NCBI GenBank assembly: GCA_963728565.1
Contig: CAVSLC010000028.1
Coordinates: 102,399-166,398, forward strand
Direction of reading: 5' to 3'
Source of the DNA: an uncultured delta proteobacterium
GTDB lineage: Bacteria > Desulfobacterota > Binatia > UBA9968
Length of the DNA stretch: 64,000 nt
Shown here: positions 20,516-31,082 of the stretch, piece after piece
Numbering within the stretch: the stretch's first letter is position 1
Layout: every line of letters starts with the position of its first letter
Notes under the pieces: generated by a model
Seen by the model: the letters and a program-made list of their open reading frames with translations, nothing else
Told to the model about the DNA's origin: nothing
Databases searched by the model: none
Program-made: the position numbers and the translations under genes

Positions 20516-22063
20516 TTATAGAGGAATATTTCCATGCTTTTTGGGCGGGTTGTAGTCTTGTTTATTTTTCAACATTTCGAGCGAGCGAATCAGCGTAGGC
20601 CGGGTGTCCTCGGGATAAATGACTGAATCGATGTAGCCGAACTCTGCAGCCTTAAACGGATTGGCAAAGGTGTTACGGTATTCTTGGGTCATTTGATCAC
20701 GCGCCTTGCCCGTGTCCTGCGCCTGTTGAAGCGCTTCACGAAAAACAATGTTGATGGCGCCTTCCGGACCCATGACCGCGATTTCAGCGGTCGGATAAGC
20801 TAAATTGATGTCGCCACGGAGGTGCTTGCTCGACATGACGATGTAACCGCCGCCGTATGCTTTGCGCGTGACGATGGTAATCTTGGGGATGGTAGCTTCA
20901 GCATAGGCGTAGAGCAGTTTCGCGCCGTGGCGGATGATGCCGTCAAATTCTTGCGAAGTGCCCGGCAAAAAGCCCGGCACGTCAACAAAAGTTATCACGG
21001 GAATATTGAAGCAGTCGCAAAATCGGATGAATCGCGCGCCTTTGACCGAAGCGTTGATGTCCAGACATCCGGCCAACGCCGCAGGCTGATTGGCGACGAT
21101 ACCTACAGGACGGCCACCTAGACGAGCAAACCCGATGAGCAGATTCGGCGCGAAATCTCGCTGAACTTCGTAAAAATAACCCTCGTCGATTACGGCGCCG
21201 ATCAGATCTCTCATGTCATACGGACGATTGGGATTGTCCGGGACCAAATCGCGTAGCTTTTTGTCGCGGCGCAATGGATCATCATTCGTCGGATGAAAGG
21301 GAGGATCTTCTTGGTTGTTACTGGGCAGGAACGCGATCAGCTCACGGATCATCAGTAAGCATTCTTTCTCACCATTCGCGGTAAAATGAGCCACGCCACT
21401 CTTGGCGCCGTGGGTTTCGGCGCCGCCCAATTCATCTTTAGTGACTTCTTCGTGAGTGACCGTTTTGATAACATCAGGCCCTGTGATGAACATGTAGCTG
21501 TTGGTTTTCACCATGTAGACAAAATCGGTAATCGCGGGAGAATAAACCGCTCCTCCGGCGCAAGGCCCCATGATGGCTGAGATCTGCGGGATCACGCCGG
21601 ATGCCTTCACGTTGCGCAAAAAAATCTCCCCGTAACCCGCAAGACTAAGCACGCCTTCCTGGATGCGCGCGCCGCCCGAATCGTTGATGCCGATAATGGG
21701 CGCGCCGTTTTTCATCGCCAGGTCCATTACCTTGCAAATTTTTTCCGCTACCACGCCGCTGAGACTACCGCCAAACACGGTGAAATCCTGTGAATAAACG
21801 TAAACCAGCCGGCCATCGATGGCGCCGTAGCCGGTAACCACAGCGTCGCCGAGAAACTTCTGCTCCTGCATTTGGAAATCAGTGCAGCCGTGTGTACGCA
21901 AACGATCGAGTTCAACGAAGCTACTGGGATCGAGAAGAATGTCCAGCCGTTCACGCGCTAGAAGTTTTCCCTGTTCATGCTGGCGGCGGGCCCGTTGTTC
22001 TCCTCCGCCAGCCTCGGCCTTTTCATTTAACTCACGAAGTCTCTCGAAATTGTTGATGGTCAT
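20516..22063 (-). CDS. pccB: Acyl-CoA (propionyl/methylmalonyl-CoA type) carboxyltransferase subunit
   Basis: [44 protein letters not shown]. Confidence 0.92.
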   Translation of the reverse strand: MTINNFERLRELNEKAEAGGGEQRARRQHEQGKLLARERLDILLDPSSFVELDRLRTHGCTDFQMQEQKFLGDAVVTGYGAIDGRLVYVYSQDFTVFGGSLSGVVAEKICKVMDLAMKNGAPIIGINDSGGARIQEGVLSLAGYGEIFLRNVKASGVIPQISAIMGPCAGGAVYSPAITDFVYMVKTNSYMFITGPDVIKTVTHEEVTKDELGGAETHGAKSGVAHFTANGEKECLLMIRELIAFLPSNNQEDPPFHPTNDDPLRRDKKLRDLVPDNPNRPYDMRDLIGAVIDEGYFYEVQRDFAPNLLIGFARLGGRPVGIVANQPAALAGCLDINASVKGARFIRFCDCFNIPVITFVDVPGFLPGTSQEFDGIIRHGAKLLYAYAEATIPKITIVTRKAYGGGYIVMSSKHLRGDINLAYPTAEIAVMGPEGAINIVFREALQQAQDTGKARDQMTQEYRNTFANPFKAAEFGYIDSVIYPEDTRPTLIRSLEMLKNKQDYNPPKKHGNIPL

Positions 22064-22121
22064 GTAGAAACGTTCCTTAGCCGCGCAAAGTCAGCGGGTG
22101 GCGGGGTTCACGAGTGGGAGC

Positions 22122-22149
22122 ATAATAGCAAAAGCGCCTAGTGTGTCAA
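22122..22149 (-). promoter_or_regulatory. Sigma70-type promoter of the carboxylase operon
   Basis: Minus strand TTGACA-N16-TATTAT with extended -10 TG. Confidence 0.55.
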
Positions 22150-22247
22150 CAGAATTTGGCTCTAGAACGCCTGTCTTCATTGAAGTTATATGATGGAATT
22201 GTTACCGTATGCTTCTCCGAATAGGAATTCGCCTGATACTGGAGAAA

Positions 22248-23444
22248 ATGCTTCAAACCAAATTCAACCGGTCTCACAATCAACTCCCTGCATCCTCGAA
22301 TACCGCCATTCGATCATTGAAAGCAGATGAAGCGTTGCTTCTTGTCGCCGCCAGTGAAGGCGACTCGAACATGCTCTATGCCGTGGGATTCTTTGTCCCT
22401 GATCCATTCATTTTTTTTCGGCACAAGAAAAAGAAGTACGTGGTGATGAGCGATCTCGAGCTTGATCGCGCAAAGCGACAGGCCACGGTGGACCAGGTGC
22501 TTTCGCTCTCCGATTATCAGCGAAAGCTGAGGAAGGCGGGCAGCCCTACGACAATGATCGGCATTCTCGAACTGCTGTTTCGCGAGCGCGGCATACGATC
22601 GCTGAGGGTGCCGGCGAACTTTTCAGCGCTTTTGGCCGACCAGTTACGAGCCAAAGGCTTCAATTTGGCGGTTATACCTGATCCCTTTTTTCCTGAGCGT
22701 GAAATCAAACGCGCCCAGGAAGTGCGGCACATAACCGAATCGCTGCGTGTGGCCAAATTGGGCCTTGATGCCGGCATCAGGATGCTCAAAAGGACCAAAT
22801 CCCGACCCGACGGGTATTTATATCTAAACGGCTCGAAGCTCACATCCGAAACACTGAAAACCGCCGTGAATACCACGATCATGGCTCAAGGATGGCTGCC
22901 CAGCCACACGATCATTTCATCCGGTAATCAGTGTGTCGATCCTCATCATGAAGGAACCGGCCCGATCAAGGCGAACACCTCGATCATCTTCGATATTTTT
23001 CCCCGCTCGCAAAAGAACGGTTATTTCGGAGATCTCAGCCGGACGGTGGTGCGTGGACGAGCATCGGACAAGCTCAAGAAAATTTACGCGACTGTGCAAG
23101 CCGGACAAAAGATCGGCTTTGACCTGATTCGCGATGGACTTAATGGCAGAGAGGTACACCAAAAGATCCTCGATCTTTTTGCCCGTGAAGGTTTTCCCAC
23201 CGGACAAATCAAAGGTCGCATGCAGGGATTCTTCCACGGCACAGGACACGGACTCGGTCTGGATATCCATGAGGCGCCTCGAATCGCGCCAGTCGATGCC
23301 ACGCTCAAGAGCGGGCATGTGGTAACGGTAGAACCCGGACTTTATTACCTCGGTATTGGCGGCGTACGACTGGAAGATGTAGTGCTGGTCACGGATCATG
23401 GCAATAAGAATCTCACCGACTGTCCTCAGTTTCTGGAAATCTAA
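22248..23444 (+). CDS. Xaa-Pro aminopeptidase, M24 family
   Basis: PHH, D..GYFGDLSRT, HGTGHGLGLDIHE, TVEPGLY, GVRLED. Confidence 0.92.
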   Translation: MLQTKFNRSHNQLPASSNTAIRSLKADEALLLVAASEGDSNMLYAVGFFVPDPFIFFRHKKKKYVVMSDLELDRAKRQATVDQVLSLSDYQRKLRKAGSPTTMIGILELLFRERGIRSLRVPANFSALLADQLRAKGFNLAVIPDPFFPEREIKRAQEVRHITESLRVAKLGLDAGIRMLKRTKSRPDGYLYLNGSKLTSETLKTAVNTTIMAQGWLPSHTIISSGNQCVDPHHEGTGPIKANTSIIFDIFPRSQKNGYFGDLSRTVVRGRASDKLKKIYATVQAGQKIGFDLIRDGLNGREVHQKILDLFAREGFPTGQIKGRMQGFFHGTGHGLGLDIHEAPRIAPVDATLKSGHVVTVEPGLYYLGIGGVRLEDVVLVTDHGNKNLTDCPQFLEI

Positions 23445-23508
23445 ATCGGTCTCTTGCGGGCCACCAGGCTTGTGCGCGAACCGCCCGATCTATAATCAGG
23501 ATTGAATA

Positions 23509-24264
23509 ATGGAAGAAGCAAAGCAGATTGCCGAATGGCTTGACGCGCTCGACCGGCCCAACAAGCAGATGCTTCGCGTCGCGGTGGACGGTTTGATCGC
23601 GGCGTTGCCGGACTCACCTGAAACGGGCAAGAATCTACAGGACCTGCTGCGCGATTCACAGCGAGGAAATCGCTGGCCTATCGCCTATATCCTCGCCCAC
23701 TTGCCTCAACCACCTGCCGAATCATTGGAGATCCTGCTCGATGCTCTTGACGATTCTGATCCAGACGTGCGCTGGGCCGTTATCTTACTCTTGGCACGCT
23801 TGACGAAGCCAGAAACGACAGTGATGCAGCTGACGACATCGCTAATGGCCACCGGCACGCCGACCCAACGCCGCATGATCATCTATTATCTAAAAGAGTT
23901 GAAGCGTCAGAACGAAGCTGTTCGGCAGACGCTGTTATCCGCGCTCGACGATTCGGATCCCACAGTTAGAGTTGCGGCAGTGATCAGCTTGAAAGAACAG
24001 GATGTGGATTCGGACGGCAAGACAACTTTATTGGACTTGCTGATGCGCGATCCTGATGTTCGGGTACAGCATGCGGCAGCGATCACCCTCGCAAGCTTAG
24101 GGTCACCGTCCGAAGAATTTTTATCGGTTCTGGATGATGCCACGAAAAATGCGCAGGGGCCGTTGAAGAAGGCTGCCGTCGCCGCGCAGCGTATCCTCCA
24201 GGAAAAAAAAGAGGTCCGTCCCATTAGGCGACTGACGTCGCCGGCGGGACGGACCCCGAGTTAA
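23509..24264 (+). CDS. HEAT-repeat protein
   Basis: Repeated L.D.DP.VR..A units (DDSDPDVRWA, DDSDPTVRVAA, RDPDVRVQHAA). Confidence 0.85.
   Translation: MEEAKQIAEWLDALDRPNKQMLRVAVDGLIAALPDSPETGKNLQDLLRDSQRGNRWPIAYILAHLPQPPAESLEILLDALDDSDPDVRWAVILLLARLTKPETTVMQLTTSLMATGTPTQRRMIIYYLKELKRQNEAVRQTLLSALDDSDPTVRVAAVISLKEQDVDSDGKTTLLDLLMRDPDVRVQHAAAITLASLGSPSEEFLSVLDDATKNAQGPLKKAAVAAQRILQEKKEVRPIRRLTSPAGRTPS
24203..24257 (-). terminator. Intrinsic terminator of the minus-strand small transcript
   Basis: GGGGUCCGUCCC/GGGACGGACCUC 12-bp stem with inner GGCGAC/GUCGCC stem, followed by U8. Confidence 0.88.
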
Positions 24265-24330
24265 CTTCGGTAGACTGAGGGGGATTGCTAGGCTTCAAGC
24301 TAGAATCCCCGTCAAAGATCCACTTGAAGC

Positions 24331-24375
24331 CTAAGTCTCAGTCACCTCGCAGACAAAACAATTATCATCAATCAT
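24331..24375 (-). CDS. 14-aa micro-ORF MIDDNCFVCEVTET
   Basis: ATG at 24375 preceded by AAAGGAGGTGGTCCAGAC; TAG at 24333-24331. Confidence 0.55.
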   Translation of the reverse strand: MIDDNCFVCEVTET

Positions 24376-24407
24376 GTCTGGACCACCTCCTTTCCCTGCT
24401 GACTTTT

Positions 24408-24436
24408 AGTTTAAGGAGCAAGGTGTCGGCTGTCAA
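24408..24436 (-). promoter_or_regulatory. Sigma70 promoter of the small RNA
   Basis: TTGACA (24436-24431) - N17 - TAAACT (24413-24408). Confidence 0.75.
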
Positions 24437-24496
24437 CAGGGAAGTGTCGCGTGCGGCCAATTTTCATACGCGGACAAATCGCGAAGCGATATAGAA

Positions 24497-25270
24497 CTAT
24501 GCCGACTGCCAGCCGATGAAACTGATCTGGCGGCCGGTTTCTTTTTTTTCTCGTCGATATGAAAAAAATTCATCTTTGGCGCAACTGGTACACGGACCGA
24601 CTCGAAAGATCTGGCTTTGAGGAATGCCGGCGCGATGCAGAATAGTTTTATTTAGATTACGTAAATGAAGGTAGTTCTTATTATCTCTGGTCTCGATTGA
24701 AGAAATCGCGAGTTCAGCCCATTGTTCGATCAACGGCTGCGCTACGTCACGACCGATTTCATAGCAACACGAGTCAATTGACGGTCCAAGGGCAACTTCC
24801 AGCTCCGAAGGCAACACGCCATAATTTTCCAGAAAGAATTTGACTGTCTTGCCGGCGATTCCTTTCAGGGTTCCGCGCCATCCGGCGTGAACGACAGCGA
24901 CGATCCTCTGTTCCCGAGCGAGGAAAAGCATAGGCACGCAATCTGCTGTTAGGACCCCAAGGAAAGTATTCTGCTCGCGCGTCGCCATCCCGTCGGCCTC
25001 GCCGGCTTCTTTGAGGTGTGCGTCTTTGACCTCGATCAGGCAATCGCCATGAACCTGCCTCATAGTGACGATACGGCCATCATGGATTCCAACAGCTAGC
25101 TTCATATCACAGACGTTCTGGCTGACGATCCCGGCATCGTCACCGACGCGGTACGAAACATTGAGCCCGGCATAAGCTCCGACGCTTTTCCCACCCTGCC
25201 GCCCTATAAAGCCGTGCAGTAAACCTGTGTCGTTTCCCCACTGCGGGACTTTCAACCAGTTGATTTTCAT
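24497..25270 (-). CDS. pgeF: YfiH/PgeF family protein
   Basis: QVHG, ADG, LTADCVP, HAGWRG, GPSI..CCYE, CTSC..FFSYRR. Confidence 0.93.
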   Translation of the reverse strand: MKINWLKVPQWGNDTGLLHGFIGRQGGKSVGAYAGLNVSYRVGDDAGIVSQNVCDMKLAVGIHDGRIVTMRQVHGDCLIEVKDAHLKEAGEADGMATREQNTFLGVLTADCVPMLFLAREQRIVAVVHAGWRGTLKGIAGKTVKFFLENYGVLPSELEVALGPSIDSCCYEIGRDVAQPLIEQWAELAISSIETRDNKNYLHLRNLNKTILHRAGIPQSQIFRVGPCTSCAKDEFFSYRREKKETGRQISFIGWQSA

Positions 25271-25395
25271 AGCCGGTATTATGTTTGGATCGTCCGCGCG
25301 ACGCAAGTCGATGGAAAAACTCCGGGCCGGTTATTCACTCTTGCATTGTGGCCCAATTTCGCCGAAATATACCCCCATAACTTCGGCAGTGCTAC

Positions 25396-28300
25396 ATGAC
25401 CAACGGACGATACATCGGCACGCTCAAACAAGCCGGCTTCTTCGCTTTCTTTTGTACCCAATTTCTCGGCGCCTTCAACGACAACTTTTATAAGATCGTC
25501 GTATCTCTGGTGGCGCTCAACGCCGCAAGCCCGCAAAGCGACAGCTTATATGTCGACCTGATCGCCTTCCTCTTTATCCTGCCTTCCGCGCTCTTCTCCG
25601 GCTATGCCGGCCATTTAGCGGATGTTTACAGCAAGCGATCGATTCTTGTCACGGTGAAGTGCTTCGAGATCGTGATCATGGGGTTGGGGTTTGCGGCCTT
25701 TTTGTCGGGCTATGTCGAGCCTATGCTGGTCATTGTTTTTCTCATGGGCCTTCATTCAGCGTTCTTCAGCCCCGCGAAATACGGCATTCTGCCCGAGATG
25801 CTGCCCGAGACTGAACTCTCGCGCGGCAATGGCTTGTTGGAGATGAGCACCTTTATGGCCATCATCTTGGGAGTTTCTCTTGGCGGGGCGATTTACTCGA
25901 TTTGGAAGGACCAGCTTCCCATGGTCGGTCTCATCATGATCGCCATCGCCGTACTCGGAACATTAGCTAGTTTGAAAATATCTCCGGTGCCTGCGTCGGG
26001 CTCGACCAGGAGTTTTAATCTCAATCCGTTCGGTGAAATCTGGCATGGCATAAAGCGGCTTTATCCCGATAGGCCGCTCCGCCTGACGGTGATTGGAATA
26101 TCGTATTTTTGGTTCTTGGGAGCTTTGGTCCAGCTCGCCATGCTGTTTTTCGGTAAAGAATTGCTAGAGCTCGATGAACTCCACATTAGTTTGCTGGGGA
26201 CTTTCCTGGCGATTGGCATCGGCATCGGCAGTTTGGCGGCCGGAAAGCTATCCGGCGATAAAATCGAGCTCGGCCTAGTGCCACTGGGTTCGATTTCGAT
26301 GGGAGTTTGTTTATTGCTTGTGTCGTATTCCGCATCATCCTATTTTTATACTTCGGCGTCTCTCGTTCTGCTGGGCTTTTCAGGCGGGCTCTTCGCGGTG
26401 CCGCTCAACGCGCTACTGCAACATAGAAGCGGGCGCGAGGAAAAAGGGCAACTGATCGCGACCAACAACTTTTTCAATACCATTGGCATTATTTTGGCTG
26501 CGACCATTCACTGGGTCTTAAATAGCGGCCTTCAACTATCGCCCGACTGGATCGTTTTTTTGATTGGAATACTCACGCTCATTGCCACGGCCATTGTCTT
26601 ACTGGTTCTGCCCGACTATTTCGTGCGCCTCGTCGCCTGGTTATTGACGCACACGCTTTACCAGAATACGGATTGCGGGCGAAGAAAACGCTCCCCTACG
26701 CAGTCCGGCGCTGTTGGTGTCAAATCATGTATCGTTTGCCGATGCCCTCCTGATCGGCGCGTGTCTGCCTGGTTTCGTTCGCTTCATGCTGCATCGCGAC
26801 TACTATGAGAACCGCTGGCTCAACTGGTTTTTCCGTTTGATGAAGTCGATTCCGATCCGGGCAACTCATCGCCGCGACGTCGTCAATTCTCTCAAGCGAG
26901 CTCGCCAGGAGCTCGAGGCCGGACACGTCGTTTGCATTTTTGCCGAAGGGGCAATCACCCGCACGGGCCACATTCTTCCATTCAAGCGCGGCTTCGAAAA
27001 AATTGTCGAGGGCACAAGCGCGCCGATTATTCCGGTTCACTTGGACCAAGTCTGGGGCAGTGTTCTTAGCTTTCATGGCGGGCGATTTTTCTGGAAATGG
27101 CCCAAGCTCTTTCCCTATCCGGTCACAGTCTCGTTTGGAAAACCGCTGCCAGCCAATTCGACCGCAATCCAAGTCCGCCAGGCGGTCCTGGAACTCGCCA
27201 GCGAAGCGGCGCGGTATCGCCGCAAGCCGGCCGATTTGTTGCCCGCCAAATTCGTTCAGATGGCTAAGCGTCGGTGGTTTTCCTTCTGTATGGCGGACAC
27301 CACCGGCACCGAACTTACTTTCGGCAAAACGTTGATCGGCAGCATGCTGCTGTCCCGTTGGATGGGCGAGCATTGCCAGGAAGACAGGATGGTAGGGGTC
27401 ATGCTCCCGGCTTCGGTTGGTGGCGCGCTGGCGAACATCGCGATCATGTTGGCGGGGAAGGTGCCCGTAAACCTTAATTTCACTGCCGGGCAAGACGCGA
27501 TGTTATCTGCCATCCAGCAATGCGGCATCAGAACAATTCTGACTTCACGACTATTTCTGACCAAAGCAAGCCTGGACGAGATGCCCGGAATGGTTTTTCT
27601 CGAAGAAGTTAGAAAGACATTCACTGCCGCGCTAAAAATAGTAACCGCCGCCAAAGCAGCGTTGTTGCCGGCGGGTTACTTGAACCGAAACGTGACGAAT
27701 AATGCGACGCCTGAAGATCTCGCTACAGTGATTTTTTCCAGTGGCAGCACCGGCGCCCCTAAGGGAGTGATGCTCTCCCATTCTAATATCCTCTCCAACA
27801 TCGAAGGTATCTGCCAGGTAATTCAATTCACGAAAAAAGACCGCATCATGGGGATATTGCCTTTATTCCACTCATTTGGTTTCACTGCGACAATTTGGCT
27901 GCCGCTCCTGGCGGGCTTTGGCGTGGTTTACCATCCAAACCCGATGGACGCCAAAACCATAGGAGAAACCGTGCAGAAGCATCAGGCTACGCTGCTGATC
28001 AGCACGCCAACTTTTTACGCGGGTTACCTGAGACGCTGTAGTCCTGAGGAATTTTCCAGCCTGCGCTATGCTATCGCCGGCGCAGAGAAGTTACGCGAAC
28101 AGATCACCCGAGGTTACAAAGAAAAATATGGAATCGATCTGCTCGAAGGCTACGGCTGCACAGAACTCGCGCCGGTGGTCTCGGTTAATATTCCGGACGT
28201 GATCGACGGCGACGAAAAACAGATCGGTCACAAGCCGGGTAGCGTCGGACATCCGATTCCCGGGGTTGCGGTTAAGGTGATCGATCCCGACACGGAGCTG

Positions 28301-28799
28301 CCCTTAGCCCTGCGGGCAAGAAGGTTTGCTTCTCGTTAAAGGCCCCAATTGCATGCTCGGCTATCTCCACCAGCCTGAGCTCACGGCGCAAGTCTTCAGG
28401 GATGAATGGTACATAACCGGTGATATAGCGACAATCGACGAGGATGGGTTCATACGAATCACGGATCGAATGAGTCGGTTCAGCAAAATCGGCGGTGAAA
28501 TGGTCCCGCATATGAGGATCGAGGAAATGATAAATCAGATCCTTGGTAGTGCCGAGGCTGTCGTCACAGCGTTGCCGGATGAGCAACGTGGTGAGAAGCT
28601 GATCGCCTTTTACACGCATAACGGCATTAGCAGAGACGAACTCTGGAACCGGCTCAACCAATCAGCACTACCAAAACTTTGGATACCAAAAAGAGAGAAT
28701 CTCTTCACCCTGGAATCCATACCACTGCTCGGATCGGGGAAAATCGATTTGAAACAAATCAAATTGCTAGCTCAGCAACACGCTGAGAAAGCCAAGTAA
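25396..28799 (+). CDS. aas: Aas-like fusion: LplT-type MFS + acyltransferase + acyl-ACP synthetase (frameshifts near 26660 and 28310)
   Basis: TQFLGAFNDN, FSPAKYGILPE; NHVSFAD and FAEG acyltransferase motifs; FSSGSTGAPKG, EGYGCTE, WYITGD, SRFSKIGGE. Confidence 0.88.
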
Positions 28800-28948
28800 A
28801 GCCCTCCTGCCTGCCAGTGATCATCGATCACATGGCAGGCACACAATTAGACCCCAAGAACTGGGAGTTTGATTTTCCTCCCGGATACGAACCCAAGATT
28901 TGCAAGGGTTTCAAACGCATGCTAGAAATTGCCACACCGGAGGCATTA

Positions 28949-29929
28949 ATGGATTTTGGGAAACTCGCTGATAAGTCGCTTCAAGGAGAACTCTTGGAAC
29001 GGGATGAGATGAAAGCTGTGCTCAATGCATCCGATGAACAGATTCCGGAGTTGGTCAGCGCAGCTTTTAGAGTGCGTCATCACTACTTCGGGAAGCGGGT
29101 GCAGATCCACATGCTGCAAAATGCCAAAAGCGGTTTATGCCCGGAGGACTGCCACTACTGCTCCCAGTCATCGGTTTCCGAGGCTCCCATCGAGCGCTAT
29201 CCGTTTCTTTCCAAAGAACAGCTGGTGGAAAGCGCCAAGCGAGCCAAAGAAGCAGGCGCAGTGCGCTACTGTATTGTTAACAGCGGCCGGGGTCCAACCC
29301 ATAAAGAGATCGAACAGATCGCCGAAGCGGTTAAAGAAATTCGCGCAAAAGTCGGCATCAATATCTGCTGCTCATTGGGTTTGATGAGCGAGGACAAGAT
29401 TCGCAGCCTTAAAGAGGCCGGTGTCGGCCGGATCAATCACAACCTCAATACCAGCCGCGAACACCATCCCGAAATTGTGACAACCCACACCTACGATGAC
29501 CGGGTTGCGACTGTTGAAAACGTCAAGTCCGCAGGTGTCGGCACGTGCTCCGGCGGCATCATCGGCATGGGTGAAAGCGACGACGACATCATCAATCTTG
29601 CCATTACTCTCCGCGCCATGGATATCGAGTCGATCCCGGTAAACTTTTTGCATTCCATCCCCAAAACTCCTTTTGAAGCCAAGAGACAGCTGACTCCGCA
29701 AAGGTGTTTGAAGACGCTTTGCCTGTTCCGGTTCGTAAATCCAAGCAAAGAGATTCGTGTAGCCGGCGGAAGAGAGGTCAATCTACGCTCGCTTCAGCCG
29801 CTGAGTCTCTACCCAGCAAATTCGATCTTCGTCAATGGTTATCTAACGACTCCGGGTCAAGAAGCGTCCGATGCGCATCGCATGATCGAAGATCTCGGCT
29901 TCGAGCTCGATCAACCCGCGGCAATCTGA
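28949..29929 (+). CDS. bioB: Biotin synthase
   Basis: CPEDCHYCSQS radical SAM motif, NHNLNT, CSGGIIGMGE, SIPVNFL, IRVAGGRE, ANSIF; GGAGG RBS before 28949. Confidence 0.95.
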   Translation: MDFGKLADKSLQGELLERDEMKAVLNASDEQIPELVSAAFRVRHHYFGKRVQIHMLQNAKSGLCPEDCHYCSQSSVSEAPIERYPFLSKEQLVESAKRAKEAGAVRYCIVNSGRGPTHKEIEQIAEAVKEIRAKVGINICCSLGLMSEDKIRSLKEAGVGRINHNLNTSREHHPEIVTTHTYDDRVATVENVKSAGVGTCSGGIIGMGESDDDIINLAITLRAMDIESIPVNFLHSIPKTPFEAKRQLTPQRCLKTLCLFRFVNPSKEIRVAGGREVNLRSLQPLSLYPANSIFVNGYLTTPGQEASDAHRMIEDLGFELDQPAAI

Positions 29930-30004
29930 GGATAACGCATTGGTTCTCGATGCTGCCGATGAATTCCATTGTTGATTGCGCATAGCTCTCGAACCCCGAC
30001 TTGC

Positions 30005-30743
30005 TCACTTGGCGGTGACCGTCGGCGCAATTGAGACGCCCTGAACACCGGCTTTCTCGAGCGCTCGGGCAACCAGCCCGGAAGCCTTTACATCCTCGAT
30101 GAATTCACGAAGATAACTTATGCCGGCCTCACGCCCTTTTGGAATGCCGAGCGCCTGTTGAATCGCCATGAAGCGGCCGTCGAGCACACGGGCTCCGGCA
30201 AGCTTCGCCGTGTTCGCCACCAGGTGTTGTCTCACGCCGCCAAGTACGTCCACCTTGCCTGCCAGGATTAAATCAAACGCCGCCTCAGGGCTGGACGCTC
30301 GTACCAGTTGAGCGTGTTTCAGATTCCGGCTCAAGAATAAGTCGTAGGCGCTCTTACTTGAGACCCCAACCCGAACATTCTCACGGTCAACATCTGCGAT
30401 GGCGACAAGCGCCGAGCCCGGCGGCAGAAGATAGGTACCTTCGATCTCTATGTACGGGGCAGTGAAATTGATTTCCCGTTCACGTTCTGGGTCGACCGCC
30501 AGGAACGCGACATCCCAAGCAGGCGACTTGTAATCCTTCAACCATTTTTCCGGCTGATTCAAAGCCGACCAGCTCGACCGGCAAATCAGTCCGTATGCCA
30601 AGTTCGCGCGCCAGATCGACAGCTACGCCACCCAGCTGCCCGCTGCTCCGATCTCTCGTCGCCAGCACCGGATTTCCATAGTTGATGCCGACGCGCAGCT
30701 TCCCTGTCGGCGCGAGATCAAGATGGAGAGAGGATAAGTTCAT
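30005..30743 (-). CDS. Family-3 ABC substrate-binding-like protein (frameshift near 30545)
   Basis: LAPTGKLRVGINYGNP..G..VDLARELG joined to WDVAFLAVDPER..FTAPY. Confidence 0.8.
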
Positions 30744-31082
30744 AGAATGGCCGCCTTTACCTTAGTGGATTTGCTGGACGAAGTTACTGGTTACGGAAAA
30801 CGCGGTCAAGCTCGATAGTGTCGTCTCATGCGTCCCATGGAATCAAAAGTCAAAAATGTCCGCTACTGGAAAACACTCGTCCGATCCCCTCGATCGCGCA
30901 ACTTGGTCGCGTTGCGCGTGATTCACTGAGCAAGAGCATTCTTCCGTTGCGGTCGCAGCTATGATCTAGCCGTCGAGCCTTCGGTGCTAATACTGAACTG
31001 AACCCGAAACATTGAGTTCGATCGCCTCACCTTATATGCTGGTCGCGTCCGCCCAGACGGACAATTTGATTGAGGTAGCGAG

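Larger units (their letters stand above)
24203..24401 (-). ncRNA. Putative ~200-nt structured small RNA / mini-mRNA of unknown family
   Basis: Own promoter and terminator, extended complement to the 16S 3' end, several long stems; 5' end estimated from the -10 box. Confidence 0.65.

Noticed and set aside
24378-24394. Plus-strand CTGGACCACCTCCTTTC as a 16S rRNA gene fragment
   Set aside because: Only 17 nt match with no flanking rRNA sequence; promoter and terminator point to the opposite strand
24203-24401. 6S RNA identity for the small RNA
   Set aside because: Size fits, but I see no closing 5'-3' rod with central bubble and no usual zapA/ygfA context; not excluded without a covariance search
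24285-24494. 69-aa plus-strand ORF
   Set aside because: TTG start within hairpins, no protein-like features, antisense to the better-supported unit
28885-28915. BirA operator upstream of bioB (AACC-N13-GGTT)
   Set aside because: Spacer is short and the outer TGT/ACA bases are missing
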